A DNA stretch of 64,000 nucleotides from a virus (IMGVR_UViG_3300010998_000002:44613-108612); one strand, 5' to 3'. Positions 48,843 through 59,532 are shown, counted from the first letter of the stretch. The notes: generated by a model not told the origin, from the sequence alone. Numbers and translations are program-made.

Positions 48843-49340
48843 ATGGCAATTAACCCTCTTAACGGCTATGACAGAATTGCAAAATTCATAGCCAGCAAAC
48901 CGGTGCAAAAAATCATCCGTTTTGCCGATAAGAATCCGGCATTATTCCAATCGGCTACTGTATTTACTACAGCATCTTTATTTCGCCCTGCAACCATAAT
49001 GGGTACTCCTGCAAAAACAGAAGATAGACGTAAAGATAATTTGTATAGTGCAAGTAAAAGTGTAGCATCTGGCATAACAGATTTAGCATTTTCTACAGCA
49101 TTATTTATTCCTGCTAATAAAGGAATAAATAAAATTTCCGATAAAATGTTTCAAAATCCAAAATCATTATTGTATCAAGATGCCAAAGCATGTAAAATGT
49201 ATAAAAATCTTGTTAATCGTGGTTTAAAGATTGCCGTAGTGCCAATAATAGCATATTTGAATTTTAAATATTTAAAAAATATTGCTAATTTTATAAGCGA
49301 TAAAATAATTGCGAGAGGTAATTATAATGAAAATACCTAA
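48843..49340 (+). CDS. host-like membrane protein
   Basis: LFRPATIMGTP...KDNLYSASKSVASG; amphipathic and TM helices; AAGGA RBS before ATG 48843. Confidence 0.6.
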   Translation: MAINPLNGYDRIAKFIASKPVQKIIRFADKNPALFQSATVFTTASLFRPATIMGTPAKTEDRRKDNLYSASKSVASGITDLAFSTALFIPANKGINKISDKMFQNPKSLLYQDAKACKMYKNLVNRGLKIAVVPIIAYLNFKYLKNIANFISDKIIARGNYNENT

Positions 49341-49788
49341 AATCTCGCAAGCAATACAAAAAATGGCTAAAAGAATAGCCAACGATGAAAAACTTTATGA
49401 TAAAATGAATAATGTCATACTTCCTATTGGTGAAACAACCGTAGCAACAGGAATGTATGCTTATTTTATTGAAAAGAATAAAAAAATTGAAAAAGAACGT
49501 AAACCAGCACTTCAATATCAAAATTTAATTTGTGGTGTTGCTGGCGCAACTTTGGCAAATGGTGTTAATAATTCAATACAAAAACATCAAGCCAAGATTA
49601 TTGAATCTTTAAAAAGAAATAAAAGCATCCAAAATCCGGAAGGATTAATCAACGGATTAAAAATTGCTATGCCGGTAATTATTTTTACTTCAATTATTAG
49701 GTTTTTAATTCCGGTCATCTCAACTCCGATTTCTTCTAGGATGCATGAAATTCAAGAACGTAAAAAAGCAAATTCGCTTAACTCATAA
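49327..49788 (+). CDS. host-like membrane protein
   Basis: KNKKIEKERKPALQYQN...IIRFLIPVISTPIS; TM helices. Confidence 0.6.
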   Translation: MKIPKISQAIQKMAKRIANDEKLYDKMNNVILPIGETTVATGMYAYFIEKNKKIEKERKPALQYQNLICGVAGATLANGVNNSIQKHQAKIIESLKRNKSIQNPEGLINGLKIAMPVIIFTSIIRFLIPVISTPISSRMHEIQERKKANSLNS

Positions 49789-49811
49789 AAACCTCTTAAA
49801 TTCTTTTGACG

Positions 49812-49840
49812 AGCAGGGTATCACACCCTGCTTTTTCTTT
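49812..49840 (+). terminator. intrinsic terminator
   Basis: AGCAGGGT / ACCCTGCT hairpin plus T tract, followed at once by a TTGACA promoter. Confidence 0.8.
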
Positions 49841-49895
49841 GTCTTGACATTTAAAAAATAATTTAGTATAATTGGTTTATCAAAGAGGTTAAAAA

Positions 49896-50366
49896 ATGAG
49901 AGTAAAAAAATTTATAGGTAAAATAGCAAAAATTTGTGCGTATATTCCTGTATTATGGAACGATGAAGATTGGGATTATTCTTATTTACTAGATTTAATA
50001 AAATTTAAGTTAAATAGAATGAAAAATACTATCTATAAAAATAATTTTATTGCTAGATATGAAATTAGAGATATTTGTATTGGCATAAATCAAACAATAG
50101 ACCATATCAACAATTATCAAAATGATTCTAAAGCCTATAAAGACATTAATGGTAATTTACCATTTAAAGTTGGTTTTAAACATAAACAATTAGAAAATGG
50201 TTGTTATAATTTAATTACATGGAATGAAGATGAAGATAGACAACTTAATAAACAAGAAGAAGAAATATACGATAAGTATATCAAAGATTGCTATGACTTT
50301 GAACAAAAAGAATGGGAAGCAATTTTTGATACAATAAAGAAAGAAGGTCAAAAATGGTGGGATTGA
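49896..50366 (+). CDS. hypothetical phage protein
   Basis: PVLWNDEDWDYSYLL...WWD pattern; promoter and RBS. Confidence 0.65.
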   Translation: MRVKKFIGKIAKICAYIPVLWNDEDWDYSYLLDLIKFKLNRMKNTIYKNNFIARYEIRDICIGINQTIDHINNYQNDSKAYKDINGNLPFKVGFKHKQLENGCYNLITWNEDEDRQLNKQEEEIYDKYIKDCYDFEQKEWEAIFDTIKKEGQKWWD

Positions 50367-50731
50367 AGTCAAAAGAACCTGTATATGTTACATATACTTG
50401 TAAAAAATGTGGTAGTGCATTTGTAGATTTAGACCCAAATGACGATATTAACGAAACACCATTAAGAACTAGATATTGTCCAGATTGCGTAGCAAAAGGT
50501 TATGTTAATGATAAATTTGTAAAAAAAATTACACTAGAACAGCAAAGACAAAAAGATATTAAAACTAAATTAAAAGCCAATAATATTACTGATGATAAAG
50601 ATATTTCTTTTATAAAAAAATATATTAATAAACAAATTGCACACAAAGAATCTACAGGGCAAAGAATAATTTTAAACTATATTTTTAAAGATGCTTTAGA
50701 AGTATTAAGTTATCAATCATGGAAACAATAA
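50354..50731 (+). CDS. zinc-finger hypothetical protein
   Basis: CKKCG...YCPDC. Confidence 0.6.
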   Translation: MVGLKSKEPVYVTYTCKKCGSAFVDLDPNDDINETPLRTRYCPDCVAKGYVNDKFVKKITLEQQRQKDIKTKLKANNITDDKDISFIKKYINKQIAHKESTGQRIILNYIFKDALEVLSYQSWKQ

Positions 50732-50813
50732 TAAAACTTAATTTACTATTGACAAAAATTGAGTTATGAGTTATACTTATAATAGATAGAATAAAAAATG
50801 AAAGAGGTCTAAA

Positions 50814-51056
50814 ATGGGTTTAATTCAAGAATTAACAAGATATTTAGAAGTTCAAGGTGATGTCGCAGTTTTAACTAAAGAAAACGATGAATTGCGAGAA
50901 AAACTTAACAAAGTATTAGAAGAACGAGATAATTTTGAATATTTATATGAAGTTCAAAAACAAAGAAAAAATAGTGCTTTAGACGAAATTATATCATGTC
51001 AAAAACGAATTGACTCATTATTAAGACAATTAGCGGAAAAAAATGGTGGAAAATAA
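50814..51056 (+). CDS. coiled-coil hypothetical protein
   Basis: Promoter, GAGG RBS, 80 aa. Confidence 0.6.
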   Translation: MGLIQELTRYLEVQGDVAVLTKENDELREKLNKVLEERDNFEYLYEVQKQRKNSALDEIISCQKRIDSLLRQLAEKNGGK

Positions 51057-51355
51057 AAAAATTCAAACATACGAATATTATTGCAATATTCTTGATACAA
51101 TGTTAAGTGATATGTCAAATGTTACATTAAACGACATACAAGATGTGATGGATGAATTACATACAGAGATAAATAAGATAGAGATTGAGGAAAAAGAAGA
51201 TGAGATGTCAGCCGATAAAACCAATAGGGGCGAATATTAGTTTTTTAAATAAAAAACAACAACCGGAAGAAAAGAAACAAGTTGTAGAAATTAAAATTAA
51301 GACTCAAACAGGCGATACTTTTGAAAAATTACCGCCAAAAGACGGACAAGAATAA
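51043..51355 (+). CDS. hypothetical protein, apparent +1 indel at A4 (51217-51220)
   Basis: Removing one A extends MSADK into PIGANISFLNKKQQ...DGQE, ending TAATG-coupled to the next gene. Confidence 0.5.
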
Positions 51356-51600
51356 TGAATGATAAAGAAATCGCTAAAAGAGTAATAAATATGATTTCTA
51401 ATTTAAAGAAATCAAAAACTGTTTTTCGTGTGATTATTGAAAAAACTAAACTACCGGTAATAGAAAAAACAGAAGAATTTACCGTAGTGAAGGTTCATGA
51501 ATTAGAACGTCTGCGAGAAATTGAAAAACGATTTTATGATATTGGCGATATAGCACGAAATACTTATCATTATTTACGAGGAGAGAAAAATGGGAATTAG
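51355..51600 (+). CDS. hypothetical protein
   Basis: Coupled 81 aa ORF. Confidence 0.55.
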   Translation: MNDKEIAKRVINMISNLKKSKTVFRVIIEKTKLPVIEKTEEFTVVKVHELERLREIEKRFYDIGDIARNTYHYLRGEKNGN

Positions 51601-51976
51601 AGAAAATATTGTAGATTTATGCACTATTTTGAGCAAATCTCAAAAGGCAAAAGAATCACGTCAAAAAGAAGTTTTAGATTTTATGCAATGGGCAATTATT
51701 AACATTCCAGATGCTATTAGAAAACAAATTGGCACGATTAATAACATAACACTTAATTATAAACAACAAAATTATGGCATAGAATTAAATTTGCAAGATT
51801 ATAATTATTGGAAAAATGAATTAAAATTAAGACCGGATATTTTATTTATTGAACCAAAAAATATTGAACAGGCAATTTTAAAGAAAATAACTGATATTTC
51901 GGTAAATGAATATTATACATCTAAAGAAGATTTAGAAAATATAATTGCAGAAATTAATAAAATTTATGAAACATAG
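51590..51976 (+). CDS. hypothetical protein
   Basis: GAGGAG RBS, 128 aa. Confidence 0.6.
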   Translation: MGIRENIVDLCTILSKSQKAKESRQKEVLDFMQWAIINIPDAIRKQIGTINNITLNYKQQNYGIELNLQDYNYWKNELKLRPDILFIEPKNIEQAILKKITDISVNEYYTSKEDLENIIAEINKIYET

Positions 51977-52009
51977 TTAAACTCCTTTAAGATTTGTATT
52001 TACAAATTT

Positions 52010-52037
52010 AGCACCTAGAAATAGGTGCTTTTCTTTT
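52010..52037 (+). terminator. intrinsic terminator
   Basis: AGCACCTA-GAAA-TAGGTGCT plus T tract, followed by a TTGACT promoter. Confidence 0.8.
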
Positions 52038-52089
52038 GTCTTGACTTTTATAGTATAATATGATACTATTAAATAGTGAGGAATTTAAG

Positions 52090-52434
52090 ATGAGTATTAA
52101 AACTTTATATAGATTAGATAACCCAAAACATAATTTATGGGCAACAGAAGGATGGTTTGTTAAACCCATAGAGATAAATAAAGAAACAACTAAAAGTTGG
52201 GTATTAGATGAAGGGTATCAATTAATTAATATTAACGAAAAATCTTTATTAGGTACACCGGATAAATTTTCCGGAATACAAGAAAGATTTTTTGAATCAG
52301 AACAAGATGCTAAAGATTATTTATGGTGGAAAGAACATCGTAGTGATGTATATCGTGCTTTTGAAAGATGCACTAATATAGACAAACTTTTAAAAATAGC
52401 ACAGATATTAGAAGTGAGAAGTTTATTAAAATAA
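52090..52434 (+). CDS. hypothetical protein
   Basis: GAGG RBS before ATG 52090. Confidence 0.6.
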   Translation: MSIKTLYRLDNPKHNLWATEGWFVKPIEINKETTKSWVLDEGYQLININEKSLLGTPDKFSGIQERFFESEQDAKDYLWWKEHRSDVYRAFERCTNIDKLLKIAQILEVRSLLK

Positions 52435-52445
52435 GGAGAGTAAAA

Positions 52446-52757
52446 ATGAGTTTACCAAAGTATTTTGAAAATTTAACAATTGGCATTAGCACAATTACAG
52501 GACAGCCAAGAATTTTATCTGTTAAGCAAGACGAGCAAGACAAACCAATTAAAAATACAGATAAATATAAAGACATAGACGATAAAACATGGCATGATTG
52601 TATTATGCTTTATTTCCAAAAACAAAATCCGACATTTGAAATTTTAGAAGATTTTACATTTCTTATCGCCGGAAAAGTAGAAAATAAAGAGCAATTATTA
52701 AAAGTCTTAAAAGGCTTAACGGAACACGTTGAAGGATTAGAAGTAAATGCCAAGTAA
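52446..52757 (+). CDS. hypothetical protein
   Basis: AAGGAG RBS, 103 aa. Confidence 0.6.
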   Translation: MSLPKYFENLTIGISTITGQPRILSVKQDEQDKPIKNTDKYKDIDDKTWHDCIMLYFQKQNPTFEILEDFTFLIAGKVENKEQLLKVLKGLTEHVEGLEVNAK

Positions 52758-53052
52758 AGAATTTTTATGTGTAAATAAATTTATTAGCGACAATGGTTTT
52801 ATGTTGGAAGCCGAAATCCCAAAAACTATGGGAATTTGTGCTAAAAACATTACCATTGAAGTTGATAAAGAAGGCAAAATTGTAGATTTGGCTGTTATAG
52901 GTGGTTGTGCCGGTAATTTAGAAGCGGTTGCACGTTTAATAAAAGGCTTATCCGTAAATGATGCAAGAGAAAAACTTAAAGGTATTCCATGCGGTAAAAA
53001 AGACACTTCTTGCCCCGATACCATAGCAAAAATATTAAGGATTTACGCATAA
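52747..53052 (+). CDS. TSCPD-domain protein (TIGR03905-like; related to the class II RNR C-terminus)
   Basis: GICAKNI...GGCAGNLEAVARLIKG...LKGIPCGKKDTSCPDTIAK. Confidence 0.88.
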   Translation: MPSKEFLCVNKFISDNGFMLEAEIPKTMGICAKNITIEVDKEGKIVDLAVIGGCAGNLEAVARLIKGLSVNDAREKLKGIPCGKKDTSCPDTIAKILRIYA

Positions 53053-53375
53053 TGGAATTAACGGCGGGAGAATTATTAGAAGCATTGGAAAAAGTGCCTA
53101 AAGATAGCGTTATTCGTTTTCAAAGAATAAACGATGAATACATTGAAGGCAGAAACGAAAATCATCTTTGGTACGGAGAAGAAGATAAACAAATTCCTGC
53201 CTTCAAAGAACGTGCCGGCTGGACAACTTATGATATGCCGTGTGATATGGCATCAGAATCATATTGTAAGCATTATCCAAATAGTTGCCCAAGATGTGAT
53301 GCGAGAAATCAATATATTACAGCAAGTAGATATTTTTATCATGATAATCAATTATTTATAGATGGACACTATTAA
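53052..53375 (+). CDS. hypothetical Cys-containing protein
   Basis: MELTAGELLEALEKVPKD start; four Cys near the C-terminus. Confidence 0.55.
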   Translation: MELTAGELLEALEKVPKDSVIRFQRINDEYIEGRNENHLWYGEEDKQIPAFKERAGWTTYDMPCDMASESYCKHYPNSCPRCDARNQYITASRYFYHDNQLFIDGHY

Positions 53376-53376
53376 T

Positions 53377-53769
53377 ATGGCAAAATTACCAAAAATAACA
53401 TCACCAGAATTAGCGGATTATAAAATATTAACTTTTGATTTGATATTATTAAAAGATGGTATTTCTGGTGCTGTTTTTGGTATTTTTCTTGCTAAAAATT
53501 TTCTTTATCCGGTAGAAATTAAAGATAATATAAATTATTTAGCCAATCATATTATGACATTATCACAAACACCAATATCCGTTACTCCAATAGCGTATAA
53601 TATAAAAAATACATTGATAGATGGCATGTTAAGAGTAAGCAGGAATGGAAGTCTTGTTACAGATACTAGCAAAGGAATATGCTATGATTGCCTTAATTCT
53701 GATGTCGCAGAACAATTATATAACTGTTTAATATATATACACTCAAAACTTTGGGAGCATAAAAAATGA
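53377..53769 (+). CDS. hypothetical protein
   Basis: ORF in a contiguous operon. Confidence 0.55.
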   Translation: MAKLPKITSPELADYKILTFDLILLKDGISGAVFGIFLAKNFLYPVEIKDNINYLANHIMTLSQTPISVTPIAYNIKNTLIDGMLRVSRNGSLVTDTSKGICYDCLNSDVAEQLYNCLIYIHSKLWEHKK

Positions 53770-53990
53770 ATTTTGAACTTAAACTTAATGAACCGGATAG
53801 AAAAATATCCGATATGACAATAGGTGAAATTGTAGATATTATTAGAAATGTAGTATTTTGGGAAATACACAAACAAATCAATAGCCATACAGGAAGATAT
53901 GATTTTCAAAAGGGGTATTTTGTCGGTGATAGACCACCGTTTAATCAAAATGATGTTATATGTGGTAATACTCTTGACATTAATGGATAA
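53766..53990 (+). CDS. hypothetical protein
   Basis: GGAG RBS, ATGA overlap. Confidence 0.55.
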   Translation: MNFELKLNEPDRKISDMTIGEIVDIIRNVVFWEIHKQINSHTGRYDFQKGYFVGDRPPFNQNDVICGNTLDING

Positions 53991-54028
53991 ATATGATAAT
54001 ATTTTACTATAAGAAAAGAGGGAATTAA

Positions 54029-54238
54029 ATGCGAATTGATAGATGGTTTGAAGTTAATGTAAAACAAAAAGAAAGTTGGCGAGCAGTTATGGAGAAAAGT
54101 TTAGTATATACTTTACCAAATGGCTTGCAATTTTATAATAATTTTAACGACCATAGCCTATTTTTAGTGGATAAAGATATGGTAATATTATGCCGTATTT
54201 ATGCCGATAATTTAGATTTATTTATAGAGGAACGATAG
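54029..54238 (+). CDS. hypothetical protein
   Basis: TTGACA promoter and RBS upstream. Confidence 0.55.
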   Translation: MRIDRWFEVNVKQKESWRAVMEKSLVYTLPNGLQFYNNFNDHSLFLVDKDMVILCRIYADNLDLFIEER

Positions 54239-54682
54239 ATGGATATTCAAGAAAAAGCAAAAGAATATGATAAAATGGTGGAAATTATTAAACAACATAA
54301 CATTGAATCTGATGGTATGTTTGCACAGCCATTTACATATAGTGTGGTTTTAGAAGATATTTTAGAAAGATATTTAGATAATCTTAACACTAAATTAGAA
54401 CCAATAGATGAAACAAAATGTGAGGAATGTGATAACTCTAAAAAATTAGTTAAAAAGACATGGTATTTTATTGCTTATTCCTTAATTACCGATGATTTCC
54501 AACCATTAACAGGATGTGGTGAATTTATGCAAGTCGGTGAAAAATTTAATTTTAAGCAAATGGCTAATTATATTAAAGATGTTGTGTTAGAACAAACCAA
54601 CAAAAAATCATCACAAGATTTAGTTATTACTTTTTATAAAGAATTATCAACAGAATGGGTTGAAGAAAGTGAGTTAAAGTGA
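54239..54682 (+). CDS. hypothetical protein
   Basis: GAGG RBS, 147 aa. Confidence 0.55.
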   Translation: MDIQEKAKEYDKMVEIIKQHNIESDGMFAQPFTYSVVLEDILERYLDNLNTKLEPIDETKCEECDNSKKLVKKTWYFIAYSLITDDFQPLTGCGEFMQVGEKFNFKQMANYIKDVVLEQTNKKSSQDLVITFYKELSTEWVEESELK

Positions 54683-54927
54683 GTTTTACTGAATTAAGCC
54701 ACGCAAAAAGAAAAGCAAGAAAAGAACATAGATGCGAATGGTGTGGCGAAAAAATAGAAAAAGGACAAGAATATTTTAATTATACAGGAATTGGCGATGG
54801 CGAATTTCAAGATAACAAAGTGCATTTAGAGTGTTTAGATGCTATGCAAGAACATTTTAAATATAATACTTTTGATGATGAATTTATGCCATACCAATTT
54901 AAACGTGGTAGTACGGAAGAAAAATAG
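54679..54927 (+). CDS. zinc-finger hypothetical protein
   Basis: KARKEHRCEWCGEKIEKG...HLEC. Confidence 0.65.
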   Translation: MSFTELSHAKRKARKEHRCEWCGEKIEKGQEYFNYTGIGDGEFQDNKVHLECLDAMQEHFKYNTFDDEFMPYQFKRGSTEEK

Positions 54928-54941
54928 AAAGGAACAAAATT

Positions 54942-55852
54942 ATGACATTTGTTAGCAAATCGGGGGGTGTAATGTTTTATCCCTATTTGATGGAATTTCT
55001 TGTGGGCAAGTAGCACTAGAAAAAGTCGGTATTAAAGTCAATAATTATTATGCAAGTGAAATTAATAAAAATTCTATTGTGGTTACAATGGATAATTACC
55101 CAAATACAATACAAATTGGAGATGTTGAAAATTGGAGAAATTGGAATATTGATTGGAGTTCAATAGATTTGTTAATTGGTGGTAGTCCATGTCAGGGATT
55201 TTCAACAGCAGGCAAATTATTAAATTTCCAAGACCCAAGAAGTAAATTATTTTTTGTATATTCGGATATTTTACAGCATATTAAAAAATTTAATCCAAAC
55301 GTCAAATTTTTATTAGAAAATGTAAAAATGAAACAAGAATTTCAAGATGTAATTTCTCAATATTTGGGAGTAAAACCAATTTTAATCAATTCAAGTTTAT
55401 TATCGGCACAAAATAGACCTCGCCTGTATTGGACTAACATTAAAAATATTGATTTACCAAAAGACAAAGGAATAGTATTAAAAGATATTATTGAAAAAAA
55501 TGGCGATTATCAATATATAGAAGATACAAAAACAATTAGACGTATATATAAAGAAAATTATTTACAATATGATATAAACGGATTAGGACATGGTAGCCAA
55601 GACCAAAGAGCATTTTATTTAAACGGTAAACACGGTTGTTTAGATACAGGAGCAGGCGGAAAAGCAAAATTACTTTGTGAAGATGGAAGGGTAAGAAAAT
55701 TAACAAGAATAGAAGTAGAAAGATTACAGACATTGCCGGATAATTATACAAAAGCCGTATCTGTTAGTGAGGGTAAAAATAGATGTGGTGATGCATGGAC
55801 AGTTGATGTAATAGTACATATATTAAGTAAATTAAAAGAAAGAGAGGTTTAA
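54942..55852 (+). CDS. C5-cytosine DNA methyltransferase, out of frame at G6 (54962-54967)
   Basis: NVLSLFDGISCG (motif I), GGSPCQGFS, FLLENV, AQNRPRLYW, ERLQTLP; needs G7 to join ATG 54942. Confidence 0.88.
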
Positions 55853-55853
55853 A

Positions 55854-56512
55854 GTGAAAGTGTTAGTGGCTTGCGAAGAAAGCCAAGAAGTATGCAAAGC
55901 GTTTAGGGCAAAAGGGCATGATGCGTTTTCTTGCGATATTTTGCCTGAATCGGGGGGCATAGTGAATGGCATATACAGGAAGATGTATTAAAGGTTATTA
56001 ACGGCTGTCAATTTATTACAATGGATGGTAAATTGCACACAGTAAATCAATGGGATTTAATAATAGCACATCCACCATGCACATATTTAACAGTTACAGG
56101 CAACAGGTGGTTTAATGTTGAAAGATATGGCGAAAAGGCTATTGAACGACAAAAATTAAGAGAAGAAGCAATAGAGTTCTTTTTAAAATTAGCAAATGCA
56201 AATTGTGATAAAATAGCAGTAGAAAATCCTGTTGGTATTATTTCATCAGTATATCGCAAGCCAGACCAAATAATACAACCATATTATTTTGGCGATGCTT
56301 TTGAAAAGAAAACATGTTTATGGTTAAAGGGTTTACCAAAATTAAATCCAACAAATATGGTAGAACCACCACCAAGAGTAAAATTTAAAAGTGGTAAAAC
56401 CATGCCGGAATGGTACTCAAAATGTTGGCATCTTCCGGCAGAACAAAGGTCAATAATGCGTAGCAAAACTTTTCCTGGTTTTGCAAAAGCAATGGCAGAG
56501 CAATGGGGTTAA
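55854..56512 (+). CDS. phage C5-methyltransferase-like protein, out of frame at G6 (55952-55957)
   Basis: VKVLVACEESQ...FSCDI...SGG / HSEWHIQEDV...DLIIAHPPCTYL...AVENPVG...RSKTFPG; needs one extra base at the G run. Confidence 0.82.
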
Positions 56513-56520
56513 AATAATCA

Positions 56521-57300
56521 ATGTGGTTAATGAATGGTGATTGCAAAGAGAAGTTAAAAGAGATAGAAGATAACGTAATTGATATGGTTATCACTTCTCC
56601 ACCGTATGATAATTTACGAAAATATGAAGGCTATATATTTGATTTTGAAGCAATAGCAAAAGAATTATATAGAGTAATTAAACCTGGCGGAGTAATGATA
56701 TGGGTAGTTGGAGATTCTGTAAATAATGGCTCTGAATCCGGCACATCATTCAAACAAGCATTGTATTTTAAAGAGATTGGATTTAATTTACATGACACAA
56801 TGATTTATAGAAAATCAAATTATGTTCCTTTAAATCATAATCGGTATGAGCAGGAGTTTGAGTATATGTTTTGTCTATCAAAAGGCAAGCCAAATACTTT
56901 TACTCCGGTGCGAATACCCTGCAAATATGCAGGACACGAAACATGGGGCGAAAGGTCATTTTATAAAGAAAACAATAATAACGATTTGATAAAGACCGGA
57001 AAAAGAGTTATTAATGATACTAAAATTCATGGTAATATTTTTGAGTATAGAGTTGGTTCAACAACTTCAACTAAAAAATATAAGCATCCGGCGATGTTTC
57101 CTGCCGAATTAGTACATGACCAAATTTCAACATGGAGTGAAATTGGGGGGTTAATTTTAGACCCAATGATGGGTAGTGGTACAACAGGTGAAGTAGCATT
57201 AAGGTTGAAAAGAGATTTTATTGGCATTGAAATATCGGAAAAATATTTTAATTTAGCAAAAGAACGATTAACTACTCTTGACTTATCGGCAGAAAAATAA
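56521..57300 (+). CDS. N4-cytosine/N6-adenine DNA methyltransferase (beta class)
   Basis: ITSPPYD, HPAMFP, ILDPMMGSGTT, FIGIEIS. Confidence 0.93.
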   Translation: MWLMNGDCKEKLKEIEDNVIDMVITSPPYDNLRKYEGYIFDFEAIAKELYRVIKPGGVMIWVVGDSVNNGSESGTSFKQALYFKEIGFNLHDTMIYRKSNYVPLNHNRYEQEFEYMFCLSKGKPNTFTPVRIPCKYAGHETWGERSFYKENNNNDLIKTGKRVINDTKIHGNIFEYRVGSTTSTKKYKHPAMFPAELVHDQISTWSEIGGLILDPMMGSGTTGEVALRLKRDFIGIEISEKYFNLAKERLTTLDLSAEK

Positions 57301-57325
57301 TATAATATAATAAAGAGGAAAAGAG

Positions 57326-57787
57326 ATGAGCATAGAGATTTTTATTCCAGATGAAAATACATCAATAGAAGAACAATTTTATTCAGTATTAGATATTCCT
57401 GGTTGTTATTGGCAATGGGTTACAGATAATTGTGGCAATAATCCTCGTATTGTAGTTGCAAAAACTCTTGAAGAATTATTTGAAAGAACAGGCTATAGTG
57501 AGGTTTTAGGAGAAGATAATTTTGAATTTTATAAAAATTTAAGTGATACATGGTTTAGGGGTTATATTGATATTACTTCCAATGTTTTGTTGCAATTATT
57601 AGCAATCAAGATAAAAAACTACGTTGAAAACGGCGTAGGTACGCACGTTTCGGTGGCAGGAACTACATTAAAAGAGATAAAAAATGACATATTATTATCA
57701 ATAATGGCATACAAAGAACCAATAAAAAATGAAATAAAAGAACTTTTTGAAAAATTTATTGCAAATAATACAGATATTTTGCAATAA
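57326..57787 (+). CDS. hypothetical protein
   Basis: Own TTGACT promoter and GAGG RBS. Confidence 0.6.
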   Translation: MSIEIFIPDENTSIEEQFYSVLDIPGCYWQWVTDNCGNNPRIVVAKTLEELFERTGYSEVLGEDNFEFYKNLSDTWFRGYIDITSNVLLQLLAIKIKNYVENGVGTHVSVAGTTLKEIKNDILLSIMAYKEPIKNEIKELFEKFIANNTDILQ

Positions 57788-57809
57788 GATAAAAAAATAA
57801 GGACAAAAT

Positions 57810-58100
57810 ATGAATATATCAAAAATTTTTATGTTAGATGAAGTAAATTTAGTGTTTGGAAAAAGAAATTTATCTTATTTTCCGACAGGATATTCATATT
57901 GGTATAATGGCAGAGAAATTAGCAATAAAACATATTCGGAATCAAAATGGAAGAAAATAAAAGAAAAATTTAATAAAGGTTTTGGATGCACAATTGAAAG
58001 AAATCCGGAATATAGTTTTCAAGTTGCATGGGAAGCAGATAACCAAATTGCTAATGCTGTTAAAAATGATATAAATAGCAAAAGAAAGGTGATATATTAA
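57810..58100 (+). CDS. hypothetical protein
   Basis: AAGGA RBS, 96 aa. Confidence 0.55.
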   Translation: MNISKIFMLDEVNLVFGKRNLSYFPTGYSYWYNGREISNKTYSESKWKKIKEKFNKGFGCTIERNPEYSFQVAWEADNQIANAVKNDINSKRKVIY

Positions 58101-58244
58101 TGTTTAAAAAAATAAAAGACGATATATTATTTTTAACTATAATACCAGAGGTTATATGGCATTTATTACATAATCGCTTTGATGACGATATGTTTAGTAA
58201 ATATGCTCGTTGGGTATTAAATACTGTATGTGAGGATGATAAAA

Positions 58245-59532
58245 ATGAGTGAAGATTCACCAACTAAAAACGCAATAACAGGTTTTGTAATAGCAATAAT
58301 TGTTACAATATCAATATTAATAGGTTTAATGATTCCTATTCCTTCACCGTTGGAAGAAGAAACTCCAAAGCAGATACATAAAGCACCCGTAAGAGTTGCT
58401 CCGATTCCGCCGTCAAAGGTTTTAATAGATTTGAATGAAGATGATATTCCGGAGTGGTATTATGTTATACCAACATTAGAAGGAGAGGAATAATGGGTTT
58501 TTATGCTGGATTTATAACTTTAATATTTATATGTTATTTTATACATACTATGGTGGAGCATAATGAATATTGGCTTTATTTATTTATTTGTATAATGGAA
58601 AGTACACTTATATATAGCATAAGTGCATTATTATATCATTTCGGATGTCTATTATAAGGAGAAGAATAAAGTTATGGCTGTAGTAATAGATGAAGTATTT
58701 AATTATAGACATTCAATGATGATAAAACATGCATTGCAAGTATTAATCACATTATTGCATCAGAATCATATTTTATCTGATGTTGATAAAAAAGCATTGT
58801 TGGATATTATGGATTTGAATAAACAATATGGAGATAAATAATGAATTGGTATTTAATAGGTAAAATTATCACATTTCCATTTATAGTAATATTTTTTATT
58901 TTATTTGGTATTTGGTATATGGTAGTATTTTTATTATGGTGTTTAACATTGCCGTTTTATTTTATTATAGGTATATGGCTCAATGATATTCCTAGTGTAT
59001 TTGAATTTTGGTGGGAATTTATATCAGCACCATTGGGAATATGACGGAGAGATTGGTGAGATAAAGTTTTTAGAGAAGAAATATCAAGAAAGGGTGGTTA
59101 GCAGATGGATAATAAAAAATCATTAAAATTTTTAGCAGGATATTGTTCTACTGCTTTTAGTGCGTTAGGATATGTTTGTGCAAGTATGTTAAGTCCTAAT
59201 CCATTTATTTGGTGGCTGACAATTCCTTTAATAATTTTTATTACTATTACTGATGTTTTAATGTTAATTGATTGGATGGATAAATGATTTTTATTGTTAA
59301 ACTTATGTTAGGAATGTTGTTATTTGTAGAATTTATCGGAATTATGATATTATTCTTTTTATCTGCTGTTATAGCAATAGGTGTAGCATTGGGGATTATC
59401 ATTACAATTGCAGGAATTATTGCTTTCATAATTTCAATTATTTATACAATAATAATTGCAATAATACAATTTTTGCAATATATATTTAAAATAATTAAAA
59501 ATAAAATAATAAAATTATTAAAAGGTATATAA
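58245..59532 (+). other. cluster of small, mostly hydrophobic membrane proteins
   Basis: ORFs 58245-58493, 58493-58657, 58674-58841, 58841-59044, 59105-59287 and 59284-59532; most are dominated by TM-like segments. Confidence 0.6.
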
